Below the pieces are notes generated by a model that was given only the letters and a program-made list of their open reading frames with translations, did not search any database and was not told where the DNA came from. Position numbers and translations under genes: made by a program. Shown piece after piece: positions 60,066-60,605 of a stretch of DNA of 60,605 nucleotides; within the stretch, counting starts at the first letter, position 1; each line of letters starts with the position of its first letter. Source of the DNA: Kofleriaceae bacterium (GTDB lineage: Bacteria > Myxococcota_A > Polyangia > Haliangiales > Haliangiaceae); assembly GCA_046597055.1 (NCBI GenBank), contig JBKJLC010000159.1, forward strand, positions 1 through 60,605, in the 5' to 3' direction.

Positions 60066-60605
60066 ATGGCGACAGCTCACGAGAGCCCGGCCGTTGCGGC
60101 CGAGGCGATCACCGATCGCGGGCGCGCCGAGGCGCTGCTGACGACCGGCGCCCTGCAGAGCGCGATCTTCAACAGCGCCAACTTCTCGAGCATCGCCACC
60201 GACGCTCGCGGCGTGATCCAGATCTTCAACGTCGGTGCCGAGCGGATGCTCGGCTACGCCGCGGCCGAGGTGATGAACCAGATCACCCCGGCCGACATCT
60301 CCGATCCGCAGGAGCTGATCGCGCGGGCCAGCTCGCTCAGCCGCGAGCTCGGCACCCCGATCACGCCCGGCTTCGAGGCCCTGGTGTTCAAGGCCTCGCG
60401 CGGCATCGAGGACATCTACGAGCTGACCTACATCCGCAAGGACCGCAGCCGGCTGCCGGCGGTGGTGTCGGTCACCGCGCTGCGCGATGCACAGGAGGCC
60501 ATCATCGGCTATCTGCTGATCGGCACCGACAATACCGCGCGCAAGCAGGCCGAAGAGGCGCTACTCAAGGCTGGCGCCCTGCAGAGCGCCATTTTCAATA
60601 GCGCA
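60066..60605 (+). CDS. Multi-PAS sensor protein (probably a hybrid histidine kinase), truncated by the window end
   Basis: AIFNSANFSSIATDARGVIQIFNVGAERMLGY...YIRKD...DNTARKQAEE, then a second PAS copy begins; no stop codon in the window. Confidence 0.88.
   Translation, partial: MATAHESPAVAAEAITDRGRAEALLTTGALQSAIFNSANFSSIATDARGVIQIFNVGAERMLGYAAAEVMNQITPADISDPQELIARASSLSRELGTPITPGFEALVFKASRGIEDIYELTYIRKDRSRLPAVVSVTALRDAQEAIIGYLLIGTDNTARKQAEEALLKAGALQSAIFNSA

Overview
A very GC-rich window that looks like core chromosome from a myxobacterium (Myxococcota; the Kofleria/Haliangium-like placement is my inference). Support: MYXO-CTERM anchors, Cys-rich and MopE-type repeat lipoproteins, an ftsB-dmxA-like pair, a DUF4388-type Ser/Thr kinase and a PhaR-type regulator. 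I can support about 50 CDS. They cover signalling (an intact TM-GAF-GAF-GGDEF cyclase, a REC protein with degenerate GGDEF, an MshEN protein, a kinase/RsbR-like/PP2C trio, a partial multi-PAS sensor), envelope and surface proteins (TonB receptor, LysM transglycosylase, M28 peptidase, vWA and C-type-lectin-fold lipoproteins) and housekeeping genes (PIN-PhoH, DedA, FKBP, tatA, moeA, RluA family, aguA/aguB, YceI, SDR). There is one tRNA-Ala(GGC), a dispersed REP-like palindrome, several gene remnants, and a transposase tail at the left edge. I found no CRISPR array, integrase, reverse transcriptase or prophage. The best leads are: an unannotated three-hairpin terminated RNA upstream of the transglycosylase; a Tat-exported Mo-oxidoreductase paired with a PepSY-TM protein instead of MsrQ; a surface-anchored CxxCH/temptin-like protein; a TonB receptor with a FEA1-like lipoprotein; a cupredoxin with Phe in place of the axial Met; and a recurrent TANNNT-N6-8-start pattern implying widespread leaderless mRNAs. 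All family assignments come from motif recognition by eye, not database searches. Many start codons were moved downstream of the ORF-track starts.
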